Assembly (NCBI GenBank): GCA_030390025.1
Contig: CM059447.1
Span: 15,376,001-15,440,000 of the forward strand
From: Squalus acanthias
Lineage: Eukaryota
DNA length: 64,000 nucleotides
Direction: 5' to 3'
Shown in pieces: positions 26,049-38,045 of this stretch. The notes below the pieces were generated by a model that made no database searches, was not told the origin of the DNA, and saw only the letters and a list, made by a program, of their open reading frames with translations. Every line of letters starts with the position of its first letter. Within the stretch, counting starts at the first letter, position 1. A program made the translations under genes and the position numbers.

Positions 26049-26444
26049 GCTCTTTTCATCAGAACAGGGAAGGCTAAGAGGGGGTCTTATAGAATGCTTC
26101 AAAATGACGAGAGGTTTTGATGAAGTAAACCTGGAGAAACTATTTCCACTGGTCATGAGTCGGTAACCAGAGGACATTCAAGATCATCACCCAAAGATTG
26201 AAGAGAGCGGTTAGGCGGATTTGTTTACACAGAGGATTGTTGGGACATAGACTGCCTTCCCAGAAACAGTTGTGGCAGCAGAATACATAATGGCTTTTAA
26301 AAGGGAAATATTTGAAAAATTAAAAAATTGAAAAGGATCTGGGGAAGGGGAATTGGACTAAGTGGATATCTCTTTCCGATAGCCTGCACAGGAACGATGG
26401 GCTGAATGGCCTCCTTCCGTGCTGTAACATTATGCAATTCTATG
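26049..26444 (+). mobile_element. CR1-type LINE 3' fragment
   Basis: LFSSEQGRLRGGLIECFK...EKLFPL and the tail gggctgaatggcctccttccgtgctg. Confidence 0.85.
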
Positions 26445-27270
26445 CCTGGATGGAAAGACACAAAACGTTCTGTTCCTCTTCTCTACCATCCCTCACAATA
26501 GCGAACGCTCGTGTACTAAAAGAAAACCTCATTAGAAGTATTTGAACTGTCGCAAATAAATATGCTTTAAATAGAAAGATTAAAAAAAAGCTTTTCCTCA
26601 ACCTGACAAGACTCATTCTTTTATAAGTGAATAAATAGTGGAGATGCCTTTCCTGCAGTAATAATAGAGTATCTTCAAATGAAATATTGTGTAAATTTGG
26701 ATTTGACTATATTTGGAAATAAAAGTCTTGGAGACTCTGCCGCTTTAATTTGGTTGCTCCCTGAATGATTACTAAATTGCTGCAGGGAGAGAAGGGACCT
26801 TACAACTGCTGTGACACTGTTTCTTATCCTTGTTGCTATGGCTGTAAAAATGCATTTTATGGTTTTTCAGTCTCGCTACATTTATAGTGCCATTAAATAG
26901 ATCGCCCTCTGTGCGTTACATCAGAACTGGTTTACAGGAGGGGCTTTTTTAATTTCTTCTCAACTGAAATTTTATTGGTACTGGGTATGGTTTGTCAGAA
27001 TAAAGCCCCTTCACTTCTGTTACCTGGTTCAAATCCAGCACCGACAAAGGCTGTCCTGTATAAAGTTTACTGTCGACATTCTATCTACTTCAGTTGGCAA
27101 AAGTCCATGAAATGGACAGCTTACAAATTTGCATAATGTCACCCAGCGCGGCATTGTGGACAGAGTTGGGAAGTGGAGATTTCCCATTTGTGTAGTAGTG
27201 GCTGTGGGTACTCTGAGACTACAGTACATTGTCAGGGTCTGCGCAGTTCTGCTAGGGTGAACAATGGAAA

Positions 27271-27410
27271 ACGCACACGCACGCGCACAGTCGTGCACAT
27301 ACACATACACGCACACACATGTGCACATACACAGAGACACACAGACACACAGACATGCGTGCGTGCGCACACACACACACACACACAGTCACACACACAC
27401 ACACACAGAC
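27271..27410. repeat. (CA)n-rich compound microsatellite
   Basis: Direct observation. Confidence 0.95.
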
Positions 27411-27435
27411 CTATCTATCTATATTATAAAAACAA

Positions 27436-27574
27436 TGGAGGTGAAATTGGTCTTGGCCAGTAGCGCAAAATGGGCGATAAGAACAGGGACAAGTAAATCG
27501 GGCGGGGTGTAAAAGGGGCTGCCGATTCGCTATCACCTGTTTTGCACTACTGTCCAAGTCCAATTTCACCCCCA
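27436..27574. mobile_element. ~139-bp MITE with ~44-bp imperfect TIRs
   Basis: tggaggtgaaattggtcttggccagtagcgcaaaatgggcgata pairs with tatcacctgttttgcactactgtccaagtccaatttcaccccca. Related left ends at ~58929 and ~61821. Confidence 0.75.
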
Positions 27575-28952
27575 GTATATCTAGCATGCGTTTCCTGACT
27601 TAAAGTGCCACACTCAAATATCTGTGTTAAAATTTAAAAAAAAGAAACAAAGGAACTCTCCAAGAACACAAAATACTGGAACTGGAATGTCGACAGCATC
27701 TTAATTGACCTCTGTATGAACTTACCCAGTGTTTACTTAACAGCGATTATACCTTGTAGCCCAGTAGCCACCTCCACGTTAGCAGAAGAATATTATGTTG
27801 TGTTTTAAACGATATACTGTTCCTGTCCTTCAACCTCAGCGCATCTTCTGACATACTGTGAACCGTGCTACAGGACATGTTCTAGTAATAAGAATGCTCT
27901 GTTAGTACACGTTCCTGTCCATTACATTTGAAGTTTAATGCTGAAATCTCTGCATCAAAATAAAAAGTAACAAAGGCAGTCATTTGACACAGGAGCCAGA
28001 GTTGGTAACCTTACTAATCACTTTTAGAAAAAGAAAAAGCCCGGGTTCTAATCTGCAGCCTGAACAATAATTAAACTCTGAATGACCTCACTCAGTGTTT
28101 ACTTAGCAACAATTTGGCTTTGTGATTTAAAGGGGTCCCAACTTCACCTTGGCAGCAGGATAATACATTCTGCATTACATGGCATAACGGTATTTTCCTC
28201 AAAAGATAGCATATAATCTGACCCACCCTGAACACCACCACAGGAGAACCACTAGTAACATAACAAGAGTGGTATGACTAGTGCGCAATTCCTGTCTGCC
28301 CCGCTTCAAGCGTCGCATTCAAGCTTACACTTCACATTTGAATAAAATGTATCAAAGGAGCGAAGGCAGACATGATTACTGTGCAGAGAAACTCTCCAAG
28401 AACAGAATATGTCAGAGTTTAAATGCAGCCTCATTATAGACCTTGCCGACGAGGCTTAAAAATAAGATGAGGGTTCTGGAATACCTTGTGACACTGCACC
28501 CTGGCTCCCATCAAAGGGGGACTCAGGTGATTTAATAGACTGATTACTTCATGGAATGTCAGTCATTGCAAAACATTATCAGAAGTAAAGTTTGAACTTT
28601 CCACTGCAGTAGGGCTTACAGATATTGGAATTCGCCCTTGGAACAGCGAAGCCATAAAGCCTCCTGCTGAATATTGCAAAATACTTTAAAGCGATGCTGG
28701 CACGGGGTGATGCAGCACACGGTCGCTGAGAATGGACTTTGATGTAAATGATATCATCCCGTTGAGTGTTTGAGAAATCACCAACCGATCTCCCATGGCG
28801 TTGCTCACAGTAAGATGGAGGGTGCAGTTTTATTATGGCAGGAGTGTTATACCAGATAATGCACTATGCATTGTTGTGCTGCTGGTGTGCAATTGTGTTC
28901 AATCTAGCCTTCCCCTGTAAGGCCACGTAGTATACTTGCTGTGTATACAAGT

Positions 28953-29285
28953 CATGGCAGCTGTCTTTCATTCTGCCAGCGCAATTTACACTTCATCTAG
29001 AGCCATCTTTTGTTTCTTAACCTGTCCCATTACCATCTCCTTTGGCCTTGAATATCTCTTTAATGTCTCTTAACCTCACCTGCCTTCTATCCTATCAGAG
29101 ACCTTCCCTTTTGTTCTTTCATCCCCTCCCCCCTTTCCCAGCCCCTACACTCGCTTAAAAATCTGTTCCATTTCCTGCTTTTTTCCAGTTCTGACGAAAG
29201 GTCATCGACCTGAAACGTTAACTCTGTTTCTCTCTCACAGATGCTGCCTGACCTGCTGAGTATCTCCAGCATTTTCTGTTCTTAT
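28953..29285 (+). mobile_element. Penelope-like family A 3' terminal (pLTR-like) fragment
   Basis: Colinear with 60766-61097 and contains a hammerhead motif. Confidence 0.8.
29187..29223 (+). ncRNA. Minimal hammerhead ribozyme motif, intact
   Basis: agtt-ctgacga-a-aggtc-atc-gacct-gaaa-cg-tt-aact, with palindromic AACGTT in place of stem III. Confidence 0.8.
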
Positions 29286-29864
29286 TGGAGATTAATTGAT
29301 GTTGATGAGGGAAATTTGTAGATTCTCAGGTGCTTGTAAATTTCTAGCTCCAGGTCAGAAGAACCAACATGATAAGAATTTTTTTTAACATACTTTTTGA
29401 TGCTCTGAAAGGTGACATCTGAAGTGAGACAGATCTCAATTGTTTTCCCCGAAGGCACTACCCGTGGGTAGTCTTGGATTTGAGGTTGCAATGTTTAGGC
29501 ACTAACCTAGCCTGTCCCTTTAAGGCCACTGTTCAGGTACTTCCTGTGGTGAAATACTCTAAATAGCTCCTGAAATCAATTATCGGCTAACCGCTGTTAG
29601 TAAAGGAAGTTTGCAAATTTATGGCTCCATATCAAACTTCACTCAACAACAGAAATTAACCTCCGCATGATGTGACTGCCTTTCTTTTTTATACTTCTGA
29701 CATTTTGAAATGTGGCATCTGATGGACTGGTCTCCAAACCTTTATATATATATAGATCAATAAGAAATTAGAAGTAACACACTGGAAGATCCTAGACAGG
29801 TCCTAAAACGCTCTTCTGTGTTTAATATTATATTTAAATGGTAAACATTTTTTAGAGCACTCAC

Positions 29865-30220
29865 TCTTAGCTCAGCAGGTTTGTTTTGCCGTTGAGTAAT
29901 TGAGCTGCAGGTTCAGTCCCTGATCTGTGCTGAGTTAAGTGATCTCAGCCAAGGCAGCAGTTGGACACTGCAATTGGCCTCAGTAGCTCTGAGTTAAAGG
30001 TGGAGGAAACGTGAACAGGGGTCTCACTACTGATCACTATCCAGTGACCCCCCACCCCCAACTGAAAGTCCACATTTGGACACTACAGGTTCCACTGTGA
30101 CGCACACTACAGTCAAATAGCCTACTGAGGCTCAGACGTGAATAGTGGTCACTTGGGCAAGGTATTGGAAAGGTGACTGATACCGGTGGAATCACACCCC
30201 TGTAAAGTGTGGAAGGAAGG
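29865..30220 (+). mobile_element. Old SINE (AmnSINE2-like family)
   Basis: gatctgtgctgagttaagtgatctcagcc...gtcacttgggcaaggtattgga. Confidence 0.6.
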
Positions 30221-32074
30221 AAGTTGGTGAAAAAACTGGCTTAAAAACAATGGACAGAATTAATGTCATGAATAGCATTTGTTTGACTTGTGAGTAACAG
30301 CAGATAAGAAACCTTGCAAAGCTGCCATTCTGTTTTTAATTATTTGTATCTCCTCCTGGTACCTCCAGTACCAAGGACGCTTCCGACACAGCCAGGCAGC
30401 AAAACCTTTTCCATATAAGGGGATGCACGGTTTTCATCCAATCAAGAGCCGGCATTGATTATCAGAGGTGAAGTGAGTCATTAGCCTCCAGAACAGAATC
30501 ATATGGCAAGAAATGAGGAAGAGGTCAGAGGTTAGATATTTTCCTGTGTGCTTTTTAAAAAAATGTGCAGCATGTTTCTCTACAGTAGATCGGGAAAGGA
30601 GTAGTACAAGTTAGTGTGGCTTAAATCAGCAACTAATATTAACCCTTAAGTTCTAAACCCTATGAGATATTAAACTGACACAAAATCTGATCAGAAAGTT
30701 GGATGGTTCCATTGTAAGCACAATTTATGGTGCGCCCTTAATGTTGCTGTCTCATCTGCTGGTAGCTGGGGGCTGCATGTGTTGTTGGGGGAAGTATCTA
30801 AACAAAGAATAATTAGCTTGTTACAGGGCTACAATCCCGCACTACCATTTGCTGCACTAACTGTGTCGAGTTCTGGTTTATTTAGCATGAATGGCTAACT
30901 AGTTTCTAGGGGGTTTTTGTTAACCAATTCTTCCCATTCAGAATGACTAAAATCATTCTACCCACAACTCGTTAAAACAGCCAAAGGCAGCGTCCTTCGG
31001 TCACTTATGTTTTGATTTTGGAATGTTTAAACCCAATTACGTAGCAGTTTCTTTTTTGCTGGTTATTGCAAAAATGGTACATTTTGTGAGTTTGGCTTGA
31101 CTGGTGCCAACAGAGATGGGGGCTGTGTGGAAATGAATGTATATTCCAAAAACAGGAGAAGCCATGATGGATATTACTCTGATGCTGCGCGCCATAACTA
31201 AAATGAGCGATACATTCGTGATTTGACGTGCAGGCCTTGCTTCTTCCTAGAATTTGGAGGAGGAGAAGAACTGGCCGCCACAATGACCTGGACTGGCACT
31301 GGCTCTTGGCTGAAGGACTGAAAAAGGAAACATGGCAGGAGAAAGGAGCAATTAGGGAACCCGAGCGGGAAAAGCCAGAGAATTTTTTTTATAAACTGAT
31401 CTCTGCAAACGATTTACTCCTTATAAGGTATATGGATATTGGTACAATTTGGGCATTTCCCCAAACACCTTTAACTTGCGCTCACAGCAAGAAGGTAGTC
31501 TGGGTAAGCAAATCGAGTCTCCTATGAATCAAAGGCTGCATGCCATGAGGTGGCCGAGCCTGGCGTAGGACTGCGGATCACTTTGACCATGGTCCAACAA
31601 TTGAAGACCGTGTGGGATGCCCACTATGCTGTCCTGCCTACTCTGAAAGGTGGTAAATACTACAAGCTCAGACTGCTCAATTGAGGTTAAAACTAACCGA
31701 CAAATTATATACAAGCAAGATGATTACACAAAAGCAGAAAAATATATCAAGATACTATTGATACAAGCACTTAGAAAACAATGAAGTTAAGATCAGTCTC
31801 CAGTGGATTAAAATATCTCCTTCAGAACATATTTCTTACATGGTCCAGTAATCAGCAAGACCTTCGGAAGAAACAGTCTTTCAGGCTTCCCAATGCCATG
31901 TTTGTTTATAAGTGAAGTGCTATTCATCCTTGAGCGAGCAGTGCCAATCCCAGTGACAGAACTAAACTGAACCAAGAACAAGGAAAGACTGCAGTGCTTA
32001 CCTCAGACCAAACTTCTCTGAATAAAAAGCTGCCAATGAAAAAAGTTCAAAACAAAATAGCTAAAAACAAAAAC

Positions 32075-32425
32075 CATAGAATTTTACAGTACAGAAGGAG
32101 GTCTTTTGACTCATCACACCTGTGCAGGCTGTGTTCTCCACTTTCCTTCTAAAAGCTGTTATAGATTCTTCATCCATCACATTTCTGGTAAGGGGTTCCA
32201 TGGTCCTATCAACTTTCTGTATAAAAAAAATATTCTCCTAACTCCCTTCATTCTGCTGGTGATGATCTTAAATTTGTGCCCTCTATTTACCAATTCACCG
32301 ACCAGTGGAAATTGTTTGAACACCTCAATCAGATAAATCATCTTAGCCTTCTCTGGGCTAGTGAATAGAGGCCCAGTTTATTTGCTTCCTCCTTATAACT
32401 AAAGCTGCCTTCTCCAGTATAATCT
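32075..32425 (-). mobile_element. Degenerate CR1 3' fragment
   Basis: Antisense tail catagaattttacagtacagaaggagg. Confidence 0.65.
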
Positions 32426-32679
32426 CAGTTAAAAACAACCAGTGCATATAAAGGACTCAATGAGATGTTTTCACCTTGTTCAAGCCTTGCATATCTATTG
32501 AAGCTTTGACCATTGTAATTTGATTAGCATCTAGAACATAGTTTCTGCATCCTGGCTCATCTACAGATCAAAGAACCTGCCTATGTTCTTGCAGACAGAA
32601 AGACGCTGGTCTCCATCTTATCATTTATTAAAGAAAGACAGTTTCCAACTGAACATAGTTATTTCAGTTACGCTGTGTA

Positions 32680-32910
32680 TCTACTGTCCAGGCCAACCTT
32701 CGTCCCTCATACAACACCGGCAAAAAAAACATTAACTGGTCCTTCGTCTCATTTGCTGTCTGTGCAATCTAGCTGTGCACACATTGGCAGCCATATTAGC
32801 CTACATAATATTAGTAACTGCACTCTAGAAGTAATCAATTAACTGTGAAGTGCTTTGGGAAGTCCTGAGGATGTGATCATACATTATAACAATGAAAGTT
32901 TTTTCTTCTT
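32680..32910 (+). mobile_element. SacSINE1-like 3' fragment
   Basis: Similarity to 1915-2139. Confidence 0.6.
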
Positions 32911-33059
32911 TATTATATGTAAAAAATAAAATGCAGAACTTTTTTCTATTTGGCACAGGACAAAAGCTCTCCTTCGTCACAACTATGTACGCTGACTTGG
33001 TCATGGTCTTTGCTCGAAGTGTCTTTGAATAAAATTGTATTATTTAGTTTTCCTGATAG

Positions 33060-33420
33060 TGGGCAAAGCCAGTGTGGTACTGAGCCACGAATACAGAAGA
33101 TCCCAGACTCAGTCCCTGGTCTGTGCTGATCTCAGCAGGGCAGCAATTGGGGTGCTGCACTTGGCCTCCGCATCCGTGGGCTAGGGCAGGGAGATATCAG
33201 CCAGGCTTTTCACTTTTGATCGCTAGCTAGTAACTCCTACTGGAAAGTGCACATTTGTGGACCTTTGTGTGAGAAAAGGACCAGGCTTGGCTGTGATGCT
33301 ACGTTGTCTCGGGTTGGATAGCCTGCCAGCACTTACTGCTTCGGCTCACTCGGAGGAGGCATAAGAGGGCTGCTGGATCTTGTGAAAGCAAACCCTAGAG
33401 TTAGGAGCTTGCGAAGGAGT
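33060..33420 (+). mobile_element. Old SINE (AmnSINE2-like family)
   Basis: ggtctgtgctgatctcagc...ggcttggctgtgatgc...gatagcctgccagcacttactg. Confidence 0.6.
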
Positions 33421-35979
33421 GAAAATTAAAATAAAAACCGAAAGCTATCTTATCTGTGTCTCATATTTATTTTTTAATGGGTGGGTGTATAACAAATATT
33501 GGGAGGAAAATTCATAATCCTAATCAGATCTCTTCTGGAATGCTTTTTGCCTAGGATTGCAACACAGGCTAGCTCGTGTTTCATTGGAATGGAAAGAAAA
33601 TAATGAGGTCCTGTTGTGATCACTAATCTGTAGGTCGTGCCAATGGCAGGTTTTTTCCACCTGAAGTGAAAGATTTTTCAGCTCAGGGGAACTTAGTCTG
33701 TATATTTTTTTAGCTGGTTTCCACTTGATCATCTTCTCTGACCCTTGTTTTGAGGTCAATGGTCCCAGCTCTAGTGAAATCTATTAAAGAGTCTGCACAA
33801 TTTAATCCAAGACAACACACCCAAAGGTAACCACTCAATGGTAGCTTTTTATTCTGCTTGCATTACAGTGTTGTAAAGCAGATTCAAAAATTCAGCAAAT
33901 ACCACATGTTCCTCTCTGTCCAGACTCATAAATGAAAAATGGCCTCTTGGGTGAGGCAAGGGAGAATGTATCCCACCACAAGTCTGCACCTTCTGAGAGG
34001 AGGGAGAGAGATAGAGGGCAAATAAAAAGATACGGTGAATGAAACCAAAACTTCATAACCTGAGCAAATGACTTTTCAGGTACATGGGCTGACTGGCGCT
34101 TAATTATGTAATGTTTATGATTTGTTTAATTATTACCCTGAGATGCTTGTTAGTGTCTTTAAAAATGCTGCTGACCAAGCCTTCTTTGTGCAATTCCTTG
34201 TCGCCTCCTTACTTGATAAACTGTTCGGAATACTTGTTTTGTAGTAAGGGAGGCGAGACGTTCCTGACTGATAAACTTACCGCAGTCAAGCTTCACAAAC
34301 CAAATGACTTTTGGAAGTGCACTGACTTTTGTTGTGTCGGCAAACACAGTAGCCATTCTTTGCCAGCAATGTCCCACCAACAGCAAAGGAACAGATGACC
34401 ACTTATTAGGAGCGATCCCTGGGCTGAGTGTTAGCATTCCCGCCTCTGCGTGCAGCATTTGAGCCACACTCCCGGCGGGTGGAGACCGGAGCTCCGGCTC
34501 TGAATCCTGAGTTGGCGTCCAGCGGGATACTTGCGTCCAATGGGTGTGGGTGCCTCCACCCTCATCGTATGGGTTGCGGGGGCCCATAAAACCTTGCTAT
34601 TGTAGAGCACGAACCACCCTATTGGCTGGTATAAAGATGGTATATGGCCATGGAAGGAGCATTCCCGTTGGATTAATCAGCCATTGCTTCACGCTATTCT
34701 CCAAAGGAAGAGTGTGACAATACAAAAACAACAACAACCGCTTATTAAGTCTGCGTGTTTTTTTATTCAAATCCACAGATTTTACAGATTTACTTTGTGC
34801 TGTTTGTGTTGCCAAACTATGCACCGATACAATTGTCATTAAAAATATAATAAAACAGGCTGTGTTAAAGAAATGGCCAGACTCCTAACACGATGATTTT
34901 GTGACAAAAGTGGTGTTGACAAAAGTAAGGATAAACAACAGAGAATAAAATAAACCCACATCATACAGAAATGAGAAAGCAAAAGAGGAAATTCTCATGA
35001 ATGCATCTGTCAGTGCGGCAGCAGCCACAGTTAGGCCAGTGATACAGATTATTGAATCACACTTCACACAAGTTCCCATTTGAGGGTGGGTTTATTTGAG
35101 GAGGGGGCAATGGCAGCAGTTCAGTTATTGTAGTGATGTAAATGACTGAATTATCAGGAGCATACTGTATTAACTTTCAGTTCACTGAACAGGAGAAGCA
35201 TTCCCCCATCCTCAGCAGTCCTGAATAGTTTTCCGATCTGATTTGAAAAGTACAATCTTGTGTAGATTGTTAAACCCCTGCTTTTGAATGGCCTTTAAAT
35301 ACCTGTTGATACCCAGCTACAGGAGGCAAACAAAGGAACAATGGGAATCAGTTGCACTCTTCTATTGTCAATTTCCCAGACGGCACAATGAGCTTCCTGT
35401 TCAAAAAGAGAAGTGAGACAAATATAGTAAAGGAGAAGGTATAAATTTAGCTTAAAGCGATCTTACAAAGATCGTGATGCGGGAGAGCACCCCGCTTGGG
35501 CCTAAATTTGCCTTATGCTGGTTTGAACTTATGTCCTTTTTTCCCAGTTGGTAAGAATGCTGACTCGAAGGCGCTACAGCCACTGGCAGCGTTCCCCAAC
35601 ACTGCTCCTGCTCAGATCAGCTAACCCGGCAGAGACCGAGGGTGAAACCCGCGACCTTCTAAGTCAGCGTGGCTCAGTCCACACTACATAGCACATTTAT
35701 CCAATGAGCTGTCAGAGGTGCCCACAGCAGGGATCTTTCAGTCTCGGGTGGACTTCCTATCCAACAGCTTGCTGACCGTGTAAAGGAAAGGGTTCCTGTG
35801 ATCATGGCCTGTGGGTCCATCATATTAAAGAAAGTGTAGTGCAGCTAAACTTGTGCTGTGGTGTTTGGTATAGTGTGGTAGAAAGAGGGATCTTGCCCCT
35901 AATACCCCTTAAGGTGAGTTCTTCCTCTAATGAGCAGAGACCAATGTGAGAAGTCGCACAACACCAGGTTATAGTCCAA

Positions 35980-36752
35980 GGGGTAAAAATTGAGTCGCGC
36001 CCCATTTGGGGCGCTAACCTCGCCGGGGCGCGACTTTTAGCGCCCCGAAAAAATTAGCGGCCCCGCGCCGGAACTTCAGTGGTTGCGCCCCAAGAGGGAA
36101 GCGGGGCGCAACTGGAAGCACCCCGCATCCCTCTTGGGGCGCTGCGAGTGAATATCCTGGCGCTACGTGCCGCAGCGCCACGCGCTGCGGCACGTCGCGC
36201 CGCGGTATTGCAGGCCTTCCTCCCCTTCTTAAAGGGGAGGGGCCTTGCGCAGCGCGAACCGGGGCCCAGCTGGGCCCCCAGGGATCGGGAGTGCCGGCAA
36301 AAGAGCCCGGCACTCAAGAGAAGTGCCGGGCTCTTGGAGCGCAGCCGGCACTTCACGGTGGGGGGGCTTCACGGGGGCCGGGGACAGCAACGGGGGCAGG
36401 TGCTGGCAGGCGGCCAGCAACAAAAATGGCCGCCTGCCACCTCCCCTTTAAATATCGCCGCCCCGGCCGCACGTACGCCCCCCTGAACCCGTCGGACATA
36501 GCGTCTGGCGGTAAATCAGGGGGCGCGACTGAAGATCACGGCCGGGGCGCGAGCGGGGCGCTGCGCACGGCGATGACGTCATCGCCGGCGGCGCAGCGCC
36601 ACAGGGCGCTACCGGCTGCCGCCGCCGCTAACCTCCCACTAAATTTTTCGGGAGGCGTGGGCGGCGCTGCGCCCGGGCGTTAGCTGCTTTACGCCCCATT
36701 AGCGCCCATTTAAGGCGCTAACGGGAGGCGCAAGCAGCTGAATTTTTCCCCC
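35980..36752. mobile_element. CpG-rich non-autonomous PIF/Harbinger-type element (773 bp)
   Basis: TIRs ggggtaaaaatt and aatttttccccc. 3-bp TSD CAA (35977-35979 and 36753-36755), which is provable because the host repeat reads gttatagtccaacag uninterrupted at 12684-12698. Confidence 0.85.
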
Positions 36753-36770
36753 CAACAGTTTTATTTGAAA

Positions 36771-36807
36771 TCACAAGCTTTCGGAGCGCTGCTCCTTCGT
36801 CAGGTGA
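36771..36807 (-). ncRNA. Minimal hammerhead ribozyme motif (family B), intact
   Basis: Reverse complement reads UCAC-CUGACGA-A-GGAGC-AGC-GCUCC-GAAA-GC-UU-GUGA, with palindromic AAGCUU. Confidence 0.8.
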
Positions 36808-36842
36808 CCTGACGAAGGAGCAGCCGCTCCGAAAGCTTGTGA
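36807..36842 (+). ncRNA. Hammerhead motif (family B), stem I clipped by the inversion junction
   Basis: ac-ctgacga-a-ggagc-agcc-gctcc-gaaa-gc-tt-gtga. Confidence 0.7.
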
Positions 36843-38045
36843 TTTCAAATAAAACTGTTGGACTATAACCTGGTGTTGTGCGACTTCTCACATTTGTCCA
36901 CCCCAGTCCAACACCGGCATCTCCACATCAGAGCAGAGACCAGGCACATCTAACCAGTGTAGGAGGGAGGGACCTTCGATGGTGACTCATACAGAGCTGT
37001 TCTCACTTCTCTCCTGTTCACTTCATTGTGCTTCTAAATGTTATTCATATTTGATTGTGTTAAATTCAATTGTAGAATGAAGTGAGTCAAACTTAGATAG
37101 CAACTGCACCTAGATCCTGCGCAACATGCAGTTACATACACAGGGAAGAGAAGATGTGCTTTTAATCCATGTCATGGGGGAGAGAGCTAATTGGTCTGCT
37201 TTCCTATGTTTCTTTGTGGCTAGTGTGGCAACATTCACTGTTGAGGCTGGCACCCAATCCCCTTTCTGAGCTGGTCTCTAACCATTGCATTACAGTGGTG
37301 CAAATTACTGGGTCTCCAGTTTTCCCTGGGTCCCCACGTGCTAAAAGGTACTGGCAAGTGCCGTCGTTGCGCAACACCACTTTATAGCTGCTGTTTGCAA
37401 AGTCCAGTTTAGACAAGTGAGGCAGAAGAAGGATGTGACAGCTTCACATTGAAATGTAGTGGTGGCCTTTACACATCTGATTATGTAATACAGAACTGAG
37501 TTCTGCCTCTCCCTACCTTCAGATTGAGGCCGCACCCAGATGTGTAAACATTCCTAACTCAGTGCACATGTCACTCAGGGTGCATTTGCTGTACTTTCAC
37601 TTTATCGTGAGCTGATAGTTTCCGATAACTCTACCAGGCCACAGTGCTGTGACTTAGAAGGGATGGGAACCGAATTATATTGTGAGTCATCAAAATTCTT
37701 ATGTCCATGAGTCATTAAAGGAACAGTGTCAGTAAGGTAAAGTCTCTTTTTATAAATATTTCATTTAATTTACAGGAGTGTGTGGTAATATAACAGATGA
37801 TTAGGGTGAAATTTCCTGCGGGGATGTAATTGAGAAGTTATGGCCATTTGTGCACCCATTTTGCCAATGCCTATTTGCACCCAAATTTCCTGCCAAACTC
37901 ATTAACATACACCAAAACATAACAATCAACATAAACAATCGGGGTTCGAGGAAAGCACCGAACTTGCTCCGCATATTCCATTTTTAAGCCTGGAAAATTA
38001 AAGTTTCAAGCCACCTAACTATCATTCACGCACATTAGGCACCGC

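Larger units (their letters stand above)
35944..36930. mobile_element. Penelope-like family B palindromic cassette interrupted by a MITE
   Basis: Arms 35944-35979 plus 36756-36807 are inverted against 36808-36893. Perfect 12-bp TSD gagcagagacca at 35932-35943 and 36931-36942. Confidence 0.82.

Noticed and set aside
36014-36683. Overlapping GC-rich ORFs or a CpG-island promoter
   Set aside because: Lies wholly inside a TIR- and TSD-bounded MITE; the ORFs reflect GC content.
37680-37720. Two AP-1 sites (tgagtca) about 26 bp apart
   Set aside because: Short motif with no independent support.
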